This document shows, piece by piece, positions 19,701 through 29,118 of a stretch of DNA of 64,000 nt. The translations under genes were made by a program, and so were the position numbers. Source of the stretch: an uncultured delta proteobacterium (GTDB taxonomy: Bacteria > Desulfobacterota > Desulfomonilia > UBA1062); the NCBI GenBank assembly GCA_963798485.1, contig CAWCTR010000024.1, positions 50,847 through 114,846 on the forward strand. Reading direction: 5' to 3'. The notes beneath the pieces are model-generated. The model saw only the letters and a program-made list of their open reading frames with translations. It had not been told where the DNA came from and ran no database searches. How positions within the stretch are numbered: position 1 is the stretch's first letter; every line of letters starts with the position of its first letter.

Positions 19701-20327
19701 ATGTATAAACGTTACCCCGGTTGTCATTCTCGCAAGACACTCCGTCTCAAAGGTTACGACTATTCCAATACCGGTGCATATTTCATAACCATATGTACCA
19801 ATTATCGCAAGCTGTTATTCGGCGAGATCTCTGGGTCAGATGCTTCCTATTATAAAGCAGGAGAGATGATCATAAACCATTGGAACGATATTGAGAGAAC
19901 ATGTAAATCTGTAAAGCCTGATGTTGCTGTTGTTATGCCGAATCACTTCCATGGGATCATATTTGTAGGGGTGCCCCTTGTGGGCACCCATTCGAATGAA
20001 GCCCATATTACATGTTCTCCATCTGACACGAGGGCACCCACAAGGGGAGCCCCTACACAGTTGGGAGATATAATTGGTGCATTTAAATCAATTACAACGA
20101 ATGAATATATCCTCGGAGTGAACCACGAATTTTGGCCAAGGTTTTCAGAGCGGTTATGGCAACGGAATTTCTATGAGCACATCGTTAGGGACGAAGATGA
20201 GTTAGCGAGAATTCGTGAATATATTGTCAACAACCCCTACAAGTGGGAGACGGACAGAGAAAATCCATATCTCTTGTCTGTAAATAACTCTTGCGATACA
20301 ACTGAAGCTGAGAGTTGGCATGTGTAA
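19701..20327 (+). CDS. REP-associated tyrosine transposase (RAYT, Y1 HUH family)
   Basis: LRLKGYDYS..GAYFITICT, HUH motif MPNHFHGI, LWQRNFYEHIVR, IREYI.NNP. Confidence 0.88.
   Translation: MYKRYPGCHSRKTLRLKGYDYSNTGAYFITICTNYRKLLFGEISGSDASYYKAGEMIINHWNDIERTCKSVKPDVAVVMPNHFHGIIFVGVPLVGTHSNEAHITCSPSDTRAPTRGAPTQLGDIIGAFKSITTNEYILGVNHEFWPRFSERLWQRNFYEHIVRDEDELARIREYIVNNPYKWETDRENPYLLSVNNSCDTTEAESWHV
19965..20056. repeat. Inverted REP doublet inside the RAYT coding sequence
   Basis: GTAG-GGGTGCCC-CTTGT-GGGCACCC (19965-19989) and an inverted copy GTAG-GGGCTCCC-CTTGT-GGGTGCCC (20056-20032). Confidence 0.85.
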
Positions 20328-20387
20328 ATAAATCGGGACATCCAAGCTATAATAATGGTCAAGATATAAAAAGAAAACAAGGATTAT

Positions 20388-20768
20388 TACCACCGCTACC
20401 CGCATGCGGGCTATGGGGGCATGTTCCACCGATGGGCGCAAGACCCGAATAGCAAGCCATACAACAGCTTCGGCAACGGCTCGGCCATGCGGATCAGCCC
20501 TGTGGGGTTTGCCTTTGACACCCTAGAGGATGTATTTGAGAAGGCCAAGCTTTTCACAGAGATCACCCACAACCACCCTGAGGGGATCAAAGGCGCCCAG
20601 GCAACTGCATCGGCCATCTTCCTGGCAAGAAAAGGAAACAAACGGCAAGAGATCAGAGAGTACATTGAATCCACCTTTGACTACGACCTTTCACGCACCC
20701 TTGACGAGATCCGGCCGGGCTACGGCTTTGATGTGACCTGCGCAGTTTATGCAGCACTACTGCGGTAA
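20388..20768 (+). pseudogene. ADP-ribosylglycohydrolase (DraG/ARH-like) internal fragment
   Basis: YP.AGYGGMF..W, PYNSFGNGSAMR, THNHPEGIKGA, FDVTC; N-terminal GDALG/TDDT and C-terminal GGD.DT regions absent. Confidence 0.75.
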
Positions 20769-20919
20769 AGAGAACCATTTAAGGGTATAAAAAGGTATCA
20801 ATAGGAAAACATCTTTGATAAAATACCTTACACTTCTCACGGCACTTGGTTGTCAGAGGCATACACCGTACATATTATAAAAGATGGGATATTCTTTACT
20901 TAAGAAAGGAGGAAATGAA

Positions 20920-21315
20920 GTGGGTATGTTACAGGAGTTCAAGACCTTTGCAGTCAAAGGGAACATGATCGACATGGCAGTGGGCATCATCATCGGCGCA
21001 GCGTTCGGCAAGATTGTCTCGTCACTCGTCGGGGACATGATCATGCCGCCTATCGGCATCCTCTTGGGCGGCGTAGACTTCAGCAACCTGACGATCGTGC
21101 TGAAAGAGGCAGTAGACAAGGCCCCGGCGGTCACCCTGAATTACGGCAAGTTCATCCAGACCGTCATCGACTTCCTCATCATCTCTTTTTGCATCTTCAT
21201 CATGGTCAAGGGGATAAACACCCTCAAACGCAAAGAAGAGGAAGCCCCTGCAGAACCGCCCAAAGATGAAGTGCTGCTCACCGAGATCAGGGACTTGCTG
21301 AAGACGAAAAAGTGA
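20920..21315 (+). CDS. mscL: Large-conductance mechanosensitive channel
   Basis: [38 protein letters not shown]. Confidence 0.96.
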   Translation: MGMLQEFKTFAVKGNMIDMAVGIIIGAAFGKIVSSLVGDMIMPPIGILLGGVDFSNLTIVLKEAVDKAPAVTLNYGKFIQTVIDFLIISFCIFIMVKGINTLKRKEEEAPAEPPKDEVLLTEIRDLLKTKK

Positions 21316-21374
21316 GGCAGCGGGGCTGAAAAGCGCACCGGTTCTCTGGATTCAGATTTTATTTGGAGGGCATC

Positions 21375-22220
21375 ATGCCGGGATTATTTGTCGTGGTCGT
21401 TTTTATTTTTTTAGTGCTTATCACCGTATTCCTGGGGGTGAGGATCGTCCCGCAGGGAAGCAAACACGTAGTCCAGAGGCTGGGCAAGTATCACACGACC
21501 CTAGGTCCGGGGTTGAACTTCATTATCCCGTACATAGATATGGTGGCCTACCGGGTAACGAGTAAAGATATCGTGCTGGATATACCCTCACAGGAGGTCA
21601 TCACCAAAGACAACGCGGTCATCGTGGTCAATGCGGTTGCCTATATCAATATCATCTCCCCTGAAAAGTCCGTCTATGGGGTGGAGGATTACCGCCTTGC
21701 CATCCAGAACCTGGTCCAGACGTCATTGCGGTCCATCATCGGCGAGATGAATCTGGACGACGCCCTTTCATCAAGGGAGAGGATCAAGGCAAGGCTCAAG
21801 GAAGGCATTTCAGACGATATCGCAGACTGGGGCATTATACTAAAGACCGTGGAGATCCAGGATATCAACCCCTCCGAGACCATGCAGAAGGCCATGGAAG
21901 AACAGGCTGCAGCAGAACGGGCACGCAGGGCCACCGTTACCAAGGCCGAGGGTGAGAAATCGGCCGCCATCCTCCAGGCCGAAGGCAGGTTCGAGGCAAG
22001 TAAGCTGGACGCCAGGGCCAAGGTGGTGATGGCAGAGGGTGACCAGCTCTCCATCAGCAAGATCACGGAAGCCGTTTTGAACAACGAGCTTCCTGTCATG
22101 TTCATCCTGGGAGGACGGTACATCGATGCCCTGAAAAATGTTTCGACATCCGGCAATTCCAAGATCGTGGTCCTTCCCGCCGACCTTCCGGCCGCCATCA
22201 AGGGGATGCTGGGTAAATGA
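21375..22220 (+). CDS. SPFH/band 7 (stomatin/QmcA-like) membrane protein
   Basis: VPQG...VVQRLGKY, PSQEVITKDN, LRSIIG.M.LD, QAAAER.RRA. Confidence 0.92.
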   Translation: MPGLFVVVVFIFLVLITVFLGVRIVPQGSKHVVQRLGKYHTTLGPGLNFIIPYIDMVAYRVTSKDIVLDIPSQEVITKDNAVIVVNAVAYINIISPEKSVYGVEDYRLAIQNLVQTSLRSIIGEMNLDDALSSRERIKARLKEGISDDIADWGIILKTVEIQDINPSETMQKAMEEQAAAERARRATVTKAEGEKSAAILQAEGRFEASKLDARAKVVMAEGDQLSISKITEAVLNNELPVMFILGGRYIDALKNVSTSGNSKIVVLPADLPAAIKGMLGK

Positions 22221-22240
22221 CGGCTTACCGGGGATAGAAC

Positions 22241-23308
22241 ATGGCTGATAAGGCATACAATAGCCTGAGAGAATTTTTGGACCAGTTCCCAATCGGATAT
22301 CCCAAGACTGCTTCAGGCGTTGAGATCAGGATCCTCAAGAGGCTCTTCACCGAGGATGAGGCGGAAACAGTGACCTTGCTCACTCCCTTTGCCGAGGAGG
22401 CTTCGCAGATCGCGTTACGCATGAACCTGGATGAGGCGATATTGAAAAACAAGCTGGAGGCCCTGGCGGATAAGGGCCTCATATTCCGCATAAGGCGCGG
22501 AGACAAGACCCTCTTCAATGCCATCCCCTTCATGATCGGATTATACGAATATTCGGTGCAGAAGATGGACCCTGATCTTGCAACCCTCTACAGGGATTAT
22601 TACGAACAGGCCTACCAGAAAGAGATGGCTGCAAGCGATGTGCCCGGGTTCAAGGTAATCCCCATCGGACATACCATCAGCAAGGAGATGGTCCTCATCC
22701 CTTCATGCAGGCTCGAAGAAGAGGTGAAAAAGGCCCGGGTTATCTCAGTTGCCCCCTGTATATGCCGCACAGAGGCGGCCCTTACGGGCAAAGACTGCGG
22801 CCTGCCCAAAGAGACATGCCTCCACTTCGGGGCCGCAGCCGAGTACTACATTGAGAATAATATCGGAAGGCGGGTCAGCGCCGAAGAGGCCCTTGCCATC
22901 ATCGATGAGGCCGACCGTGCAGGTCTTGTCCATGCAGGCGTGAACACGCAGCACCTGTCGAATCTCTGCAACTGCTGCCCGTGCTGCTGCGCATCCATGA
23001 AGGGGATCACGGGAAAAGGCATGGACAAGCACGGTTTTCTCAATGCCCTGTTTCTGGCATCCGTTGATCAGGACCTGTGCACCGGGTGCGGCATTTGTGC
23101 AGGTCGTTGCCCTGTGCATGCCATATCAGCGGATGAGGAGGCCCGTGTGGATGTCCAAAAATGCCTGGGCTGCGGCCTGTGCTCTACAGCCTGCCCTGTT
23201 GAGGCAATCACCATGCACCTGAGGGAAGACCGCGAAGAGCCCTTTGATACGGTCATTGACATGGGTCTTGCCATCTTGAAGGGAAAGGGGCTACCTAAAA
23301 ACACATGA
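22241..23308 (+). CDS. 4Fe-4S dicluster-binding protein
   Basis: CICR, CNCCPCCC and two CxxCxxCxxxCP ferredoxin motifs. Confidence 0.85.
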   Translation: MADKAYNSLREFLDQFPIGYPKTASGVEIRILKRLFTEDEAETVTLLTPFAEEASQIALRMNLDEAILKNKLEALADKGLIFRIRRGDKTLFNAIPFMIGLYEYSVQKMDPDLATLYRDYYEQAYQKEMAASDVPGFKVIPIGHTISKEMVLIPSCRLEEEVKKARVISVAPCICRTEAALTGKDCGLPKETCLHFGAAAEYYIENNIGRRVSAEEALAIIDEADRAGLVHAGVNTQHLSNLCNCCPCCCASMKGITGKGMDKHGFLNALFLASVDQDLCTGCGICAGRCPVHAISADEEARVDVQKCLGCGLCSTACPVEAITMHLREDREEPFDTVIDMGLAILKGKGLPKNT

Positions 23309-23844
23309 CAAGGGAAAAGACTCCCAATAAACACTCGGGCCTGGAAAAAACATTGAAAGGCTTTGCACGCCGGGCATGTGACTTGGGTGCCGATGAAGCG
23401 AAAAGCATTCATGCTCGCACAGTCCTCACCGCACCATGGGTGAGGATGAAGTGCCATTTCGGGTGCGAGCTTTACGGGCTTGGGTACTGCTGTCCCCCGC
23501 AAACACCCACACCTCAGGAAATGCGCGATGTGATAGCATGCTATGAGCATGCCCTTCTCTTTCACTGCACGAAACTGGGCAGCCCGAGCCGTATAGCCTA
23601 TGAGCTTGAACGGGAGATATTCCTGGAAGGCTTCCACAAGGCCATCGGCCTCGGATCAGGGCCTTGCAGGATCTGCAGGAAATGCTCCCCGAAGGGGTGC
23701 ACGCACCCTAACAGGGCCAGGCCGTCCATGGAGGGCTGCGGAATAGATGTATTTGCCACGGTGCGGATAAACGGATTCCCCATTGAAGTGCTCAAGGATG
23801 AAGGCTGCCAAGGGAATTATTACGGTATTGTCCTTATTGACTGA
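23305..23844 (+). CDS. DUF2284 metal-binding protein
   Basis: WVRMKC..GC..YG...CCPP, GPC..C..C, ARPSME.CGIDV. Confidence 0.88.
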   Translation: MTREKTPNKHSGLEKTLKGFARRACDLGADEAKSIHARTVLTAPWVRMKCHFGCELYGLGYCCPPQTPTPQEMRDVIACYEHALLFHCTKLGSPSRIAYELEREIFLEGFHKAIGLGSGPCRICRKCSPKGCTHPNRARPSMEGCGIDVFATVRINGFPIEVLKDEGCQGNYYGIVLID

Positions 23845-23870
23845 TATTTCTCGCCAAAGGAAGAAGACTG

Positions 23871-24518
23871 ATGCAAGGTTCCGGCATCCCGCGAACTGAA
23901 ATCATCAATGCCCTTAACGAGATCTACTCTGAGGTAGACCAGATCTCAGGCGGGCTCTTTGACCTCCACTCACCAAGACTCCTTTGCAGGCAAGGCTGCA
24001 CAGGCTGCTGCATGGACGGCATAACGGTCTTCGAGGTGGAGGCACAAAATATTATCGAACAATATCGCGACCTGCTGGATCACGGTGTTGCATATCCTGA
24101 GGGTGCATGCGCCTTCCTTGATAAAGAAGGCAGGTGCAGAATCTATATGCACAGGCCCTATGTCTGCCGCACCCAGGGGCTTCCCTTGCGCTGGCTTGAC
24201 GAGACTACGAGCGGGGATATCGTGGAGATGCGCGATATCTGCCCGGTCAACGAGACCGGCCCTGCTATCGTTACACTTCCCGAGGAACAATGCTGGACCA
24301 TAGGCCCCTTTGAGCTCAGGCTCGCTGCGCTCCAGGCCCTTGTCTCGGGCAATGAGATGCGAAGGGTCCCGCTCAGATCGCTCTTCACACACTCCGCCAA
24401 AGAGAACTTGAGAACAGACAAGACAGGCCACGATGAATCATCTATGGAGGTGGATGAGGAATTCAGAAATCTATGCCCGGCCACTGCAGTGTGCATGTGC
24501 AAACAACTTGAACCATGA
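23871..24518 (+). CDS. YkgJ family cysteine-cluster protein
   Basis: C..GC..CC, CAFLD..GRC.IY..RPYVCR. Confidence 0.85.
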   Translation: MQGSGIPRTEIINALNEIYSEVDQISGGLFDLHSPRLLCRQGCTGCCMDGITVFEVEAQNIIEQYRDLLDHGVAYPEGACAFLDKEGRCRIYMHRPYVCRTQGLPLRWLDETTSGDIVEMRDICPVNETGPAIVTLPEEQCWTIGPFELRLAALQALVSGNEMRRVPLRSLFTHSAKENLRTDKTGHDESSMEVDEEFRNLCPATAVCMCKQLEP

Positions 24519-24571
24519 TAGGTTCAATCGCTGATCACCAGATTCGATAAACATGCTGAAAGGAACCGGTA

Positions 24572-25567
24572 ATGAAGCTCAAGCGTATCCGACTAAAAAG
24601 CGATTCATCACCATCCATAGCGATCTTCTTCAAGGATAAATGGCTGCCTCTCAGGCTTGTCCTTGGCCGGGCAGGACGTGTCATTACATCTGAGGAAGGG
24701 CATCTCACCACCGACATGATCGCCCTACTCCGGACAGGCCCGTCCTTCCGGCAGTACCTGGAAGGACTCATGGATGCCTGGCTCATGTCTCATGAAGGGG
24801 ATCAGGACGCCTACGATGATACCCCCCTGCTCCCCTTTGAACCACGGTCCTACCGCGATTTCATGCTCTTTGAAAAACACGCCATCGATGCGGCACGCGG
24901 CTTAGCAAAACGCTTTATTCCCCTCGGCTACTTAGTCGCCATAGGATATGAACGCATGACAGGCCGCACCTTCCCACTCTTCCGGCCCAAACAGATCTGG
25001 TACAAGAAACCGATCTATTACATGGGAAACCATCTGAGCTTTGTCACGGACAATCAAGGTATCCCCTTCCCCTCATACAGCACGGCCCTGGATTACGAGC
25101 TCGAGCTTGGCGCAGTGATTGTAAACCCCATCAGGAACGCAACCCCCAAAGAGGCCCTTTCAGCCGTCGGCGGGTTTGTGGTGTTCAATGACTTCAGCGC
25201 ACGTGACGTGCAGCTCTCCGAGATGAAAAGCGGGTTCGGCCCGTCAAAGGCCAAGCACTTCGCCAATGCGATCTCTTCGGTTGTCGTATCAGCCGATGAA
25301 ATCCTCCCCTTTCTCAATAATCTCCAGGCCCAGGTAAGGATCAACCATGAGAGCATTATCAAGACATCCACTGCAGGCATGCATTTCACCCTTGGTGAGG
25401 CCATTGCCTATGCCTCACTGGAGGAGCAGCTCTATCCGGGGGAGTTCTTGGCAACAGGGACACTGCCAGGCGGCAGCGGTATGGAGAATGGCCATTGGCT
25501 GAAGCCTGGAGATACCATAGAGCTTGTCATAGAAAAAATTGGGACACTGACCAACTCCATCATATGA
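24572..25567 (+). CDS. Fumarylacetoacetate hydrolase family protein
   Basis: RDFMLFEKH, LDYELELG, NDFSARD.Q, LATGT. Confidence 0.88.
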   Translation: MKLKRIRLKSDSSPSIAIFFKDKWLPLRLVLGRAGRVITSEEGHLTTDMIALLRTGPSFRQYLEGLMDAWLMSHEGDQDAYDDTPLLPFEPRSYRDFMLFEKHAIDAARGLAKRFIPLGYLVAIGYERMTGRTFPLFRPKQIWYKKPIYYMGNHLSFVTDNQGIPFPSYSTALDYELELGAVIVNPIRNATPKEALSAVGGFVVFNDFSARDVQLSEMKSGFGPSKAKHFANAISSVVVSADEILPFLNNLQAQVRINHESIIKTSTAGMHFTLGEAIAYASLEEQLYPGEFLATGTLPGGSGMENGHWLKPGDTIELVIEKIGTLTNSII

Positions 25568-25700
25568 AAGCCGGTTATCTCATAAAGGAATGCCCTGTAA
25601 CCCTTGATTTTAACCGGCTGAGTTCATATCATGAAATAAAGAGGATATAGTGAAAAAGGCAAGGACAATACCCAGTCATACCTTCAGGAGGTGAAATCAA

Positions 25701-25880
25701 ATGGCGGAAAAGAAACTCTCAATCACCCCATCAAACCTGGCAAAAGAATGGGGCGTCGGTCTGAAGTCGGTTAAGGATGCCATCATCAAGGCAGGCATCG
25801 AACCGAATTCAACCCGCGGGGCATGCAAGTACTACACAGAGGCGGATGCAAAAAAGATAAAGGCCTTTTTAAAGAAGTAG
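25701..25880 (+). CDS. Small basic protein (59 aa), possible helix-turn-helix; below the ORF-track cutoff
   Basis: AGGAGGTGA RBS; MAEKKLSITPSNLAKEWGVGLKSVKDAIIKAGIEPNSTRGACKYYTEADAKKIKAFLKK*. Confidence 0.7.
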   Translation: MAEKKLSITPSNLAKEWGVGLKSVKDAIIKAGIEPNSTRGACKYYTEADAKKIKAFLKK

Positions 25881-25897
25881 CAGACGAAAGCCCGGTC

Positions 25898-25946
25898 TCA
25901 GGCCTTGACCTCCAACAATCCGATATCTCTCCCGGTCAGGGCCTGA
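25898..25946 (+). terminator. Stem-loop downstream of the small ORF
   Basis: TCAGGCCTTGACC ... GGTCAGGGCCTGA (13-bp arms, one G-U pair), followed by AACCTTCTTT. Confidence 0.45.
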
Positions 25947-26069
25947 AACCTTCTTTGCAGATTAATACATCCCCCTCTCTCCATCCGTAGCCATGAGCGG
26001 CCATATAATGGTATAGGTAGATCATGATGAGAGATAAATAATGGCGAATCGGTATGAGGAGGTAACCGG

Positions 26070-26489
26070 ATGATGACAGTGAGCCCCACCCGTGAAAGCC
26101 TTGCCCGGCTGAGGGATACCTTTCCCAAGGATACGCCTGTGGTTATGGTCAATCTTTTAAGGTTTCGCGACCGGGCCTTATATCCCAAGGGGTCTACCTT
26201 TGGAGAATGCTCGGGAAGACAGGCCTATAAACGGTACATGGAAACGGCCCTGGAAAAGCTCAGCGAAGTGGGGGCCCGGCCCATATGGATGTCCAAAGCA
26301 TTTGCCGGTGTCATTGCCCCGGAAGATGAACAATGGGATCAGGTGTTCCTGGTGAAGTACCCCTCAGTGGATGCCTTTATGGCCATGCTCAAGATGCCCG
26401 AGTACCTTGCAGCAACTGTCCACCGCGAGGCGGCCCTGAGAGACTCCAGGCTCATTGCCACTATAGAAATCATCTCAGAACTGGGCTGA
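26070..26489 (+). CDS. DUF1330 domain protein
   Basis: PVVMVNLLRFR, SGR.AY.RY, WD.V.LV.YPS..AF..M, HR.AAL.DS.LI. Confidence 0.85.
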   Translation: MMTVSPTRESLARLRDTFPKDTPVVMVNLLRFRDRALYPKGSTFGECSGRQAYKRYMETALEKLSEVGARPIWMSKAFAGVIAPEDEQWDQVFLVKYPSVDAFMAMLKMPEYLAATVHREAALRDSRLIATIEIISELG

Positions 26490-26535
26490 TGCAAGACTTT
26501 CGACCATGGAATCCCCCCTCTTTCATAAGGATGTA

Positions 26536-27936
26536 TCATTTACTTATTGTGCAATCCCTAAGAAACCGTGCATACCTGATCAAATGGGAAACTGCCTTGA
26601 AACCGTCTTCCACGTGATCGATGAAGTATATGCCGTGATCGCGGTAATAGCGCCTTGCATAGTCGCTCACCTCCCGGAAGGTTATGGGTATGATAGGTTT
26701 TCCGGCATTGTGAATCACCGAAAGGAAAGGCTCATTCATCCTGGATGCTGATACATCCAGCTCAGTGCTCGGTGGAAACGTTAGAGGGGCGAGGATATCG
26801 ATATGCTCATCATCAAGCAGGATCTGTACAATCTTGTCCATACCGCTGGAAAAGCCGGAACCGGTAACATCCAGGGGGTTTCCAGGCTGGGCAAACTCGG
26901 GCAGGGCGTCCATCAGCCTGTCTACCGTATCAGGCGAAAGCTCCGGCAGCTCTATGGCCAGCCTCTCGCACAGGTCTGCATACAACCCGGCCAGCCCGCC
27001 TGACAGGGTGCATATCCCCAGGCGGCCTCCCCCAGGCAGGGGGCAGCGGGAAAATATTCCAGCCGTCTCCACCAGCTCCTCGATGGTATCGACACGGATG
27101 ATTCCATATTGCCGGAAGAACCCTTCCATCACACCCGCATCGCCTGCCAGGGCTCCGGTGTGGGAGCGTGCAGCCTGAACACCTTTTTCAGAGCGGCCCA
27201 CCTTTATGAGTATGATGGGGATCTGCTTTGTGGCTGCCTCGGATGCAATCCGCTGCATCCTGGGCACATCCCTGAAGCCTTCCATGAAACCAATGATCAC
27301 CCGGGTGACACCATCATTGATCATGTACTCAAAACAATCCTCGGACGAGAGCAGGCCCTCGTTGCCCGAGGTGATATACAGCGACATCCCCAAGCCCTTC
27401 TTTAATATCTTGGTGGCGATGATCTCGCTGACAGCACCGCTCTGTCCGACTATGCCGATGGTGCCCGGGACAAGATCGCCTTCCACGGACCCGCCTGCAA
27501 AAACGCTTATCTTGCTGTTCATGTTAATGAACCCCAGGCAGTTGGGCCCAAGGAGCAGGATATCATTGTCTAGGCAGTAACCTTTGAGCTCCTCCTGCAG
27601 GAGCGTCCCCTCTTCTCCAGCCTCTGAAAAACCCGAGGAGATGAGGAGGATGTTCCTGATGCCTTTGCCGGCAAGGGCCTTGATGGTTTCCAGCACCCGG
27701 GTGCTCTTGACAATGACTGCGGCAAAATCGATGACGCCCCCAGGGAGTTCTGCAATGGAGGAAAAGGCAGGGATGCCACACACCTCTTTCGCCCCAGGGT
27801 TTACGGGGTAAAAGCGTCCCTCAAAGCCGATCCTTTGGGCATTACCGGCCATATTGAAAAACCAGTGATTTTTGGTGGACGCTCCTACTACGGCGATATT
27901 CGTGGGTGAAAAAAATCTGTGTAGACGCTCATTCAT
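26536..27936 (-). CDS. Acyl-CoA synthetase (ADP-forming) alpha subunit / CoA-binding protein
   Basis: IAVVGAS, YPVNP, LGPNCLG, QSGA, SHTGALAG (phospho-His), NPLD; no ATP-grasp domain. Confidence 0.85.
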   Translation of the reverse strand: MNERLHRFFSPTNIAVVGASTKNHWFFNMAGNAQRIGFEGRFYPVNPGAKEVCGIPAFSSIAELPGGVIDFAAVIVKSTRVLETIKALAGKGIRNILLISSGFSEAGEEGTLLQEELKGYCLDNDILLLGPNCLGFINMNSKISVFAGGSVEGDLVPGTIGIVGQSGAVSEIIATKILKKGLGMSLYITSGNEGLLSSEDCFEYMINDGVTRVIIGFMEGFRDVPRMQRIASEAATKQIPIILIKVGRSEKGVQAARSHTGALAGDAGVMEGFFRQYGIIRVDTIEELVETAGIFSRCPLPGGGRLGICTLSGGLAGLYADLCERLAIELPELSPDTVDRLMDALPEFAQPGNPLDVTGSGFSSGMDKIVQILLDDEHIDILAPLTFPPSTELDVSASRMNEPFLSVIHNAGKPIIPITFREVSDYARRYYRDHGIYFIDHVEDGFKAVSHLIRYARFLRDCTISK

Positions 27937-28178
27937 ACTAAGCCTCATCGAAGTCCAGTCATCTGATAGTGGTATTAATGATGCATCTCCATGTAGATCA
28001 TTACCACACGGAGATTGTCAAGAGGGCCATTATGAAAGAACCTTGACTGCTCTTCTATTTGATATTATATTAGAAAATGCATCTTTAGAATTCTATGCGA
28101 ATTTTATTTTTTGGTTTTGAAATCATTTTTTTCACCCCGGAGTTCCTACAACATTGTTGTTTGAGGGTTTAATAAAAT

Positions 28179-29087
28179 ATGCCCCGAGAGATCCCAGACA
28201 TCGCCATCATGTTCGTTGATATATCCGGCAGCACAAGACTGTACGAGACCCTTGGAAATGAGCCTGCCTATAAACTGGTAACCAAGTGGATATCCATCCT
28301 TTCGGATATCATTGACCAGCACCAGGGCACGCTCATCAAGACCATAGGCGATGAAGTCATGTGCACCTTTGCCGATGCCTACCAGGCAATAAACGCTGCA
28401 ATCAAGATGAACAACAGCTTCGAGGACATTTTCAAGACCCGTCTGAAAAAAAACCTCAGGCCGGGCCTGCGCATCGGGCTCCAAACCGGCAGGGTGATCA
28501 GGCAGGGCAATGATGTGTTCGGTGATGCAGTGAACATGGCTGCACGGATGGTATCTCTTGCAAAACCTAAACAGATCCTCACGACTCAAGAGATGATCGA
28601 TGAACTCCCTTCAGACTTACAAGAAAAGTCAAGGTTTGTGGACAAGACAAGGATAAAGGGCAAGGATGGCGAGTTCAACATTTATGAAGTCATCTGGAAC
28701 GAGGGTGACATGACCATCATGCTCTTCGACGGTCCGGACTGCCGGGTCCAATCCGAGGGCCTCCACCTCAGGTATGGGAGAAAAGATGTCTACATGGATA
28801 AGGACAAGCCTGCCTTAACACTGGGCAGGCTGCCCGAGAACGACCTGATAGTGGATGACGGCATTGCCTCGCGTTTTCATGCGCGCATTGAATACCACCG
28901 GGGCAAGTTCGTGCTTATCGACCAGAGCTCAAACGGCACCTATGTCTTCCTGGATGGGGAAAAGCCTTCCCTTATCCATCATGATGAATGCGTACTGAGC
29001 AACCACGGTTACATCAGCCTGGGGCGCGAGGCCAAGGCCGGATCGCCGGAGATAATACGTTTCTCCTGTAACGGTCAGAAGAAATGA
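28179..29087 (+). CDS. Class III adenylate/guanylate cyclase with C-terminal FHA domain
   Basis: FVDISGST, KTIGDEVM, FGDAVNMAAR; FHA motifs LGR, SRFHA, SSNGT. Confidence 0.9.
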   Translation: MPREIPDIAIMFVDISGSTRLYETLGNEPAYKLVTKWISILSDIIDQHQGTLIKTIGDEVMCTFADAYQAINAAIKMNNSFEDIFKTRLKKNLRPGLRIGLQTGRVIRQGNDVFGDAVNMAARMVSLAKPKQILTTQEMIDELPSDLQEKSRFVDKTRIKGKDGEFNIYEVIWNEGDMTIMLFDGPDCRVQSEGLHLRYGRKDVYMDKDKPALTLGRLPENDLIVDDGIASRFHARIEYHRGKFVLIDQSSNGTYVFLDGEKPSLIHHDECVLSNHGYISLGREAKAGSPEIIRFSCNGQKK

Positions 29088-29118
29088 ACGGCATGATCTT
29101 CTTTGAGGGGGGTGAACC

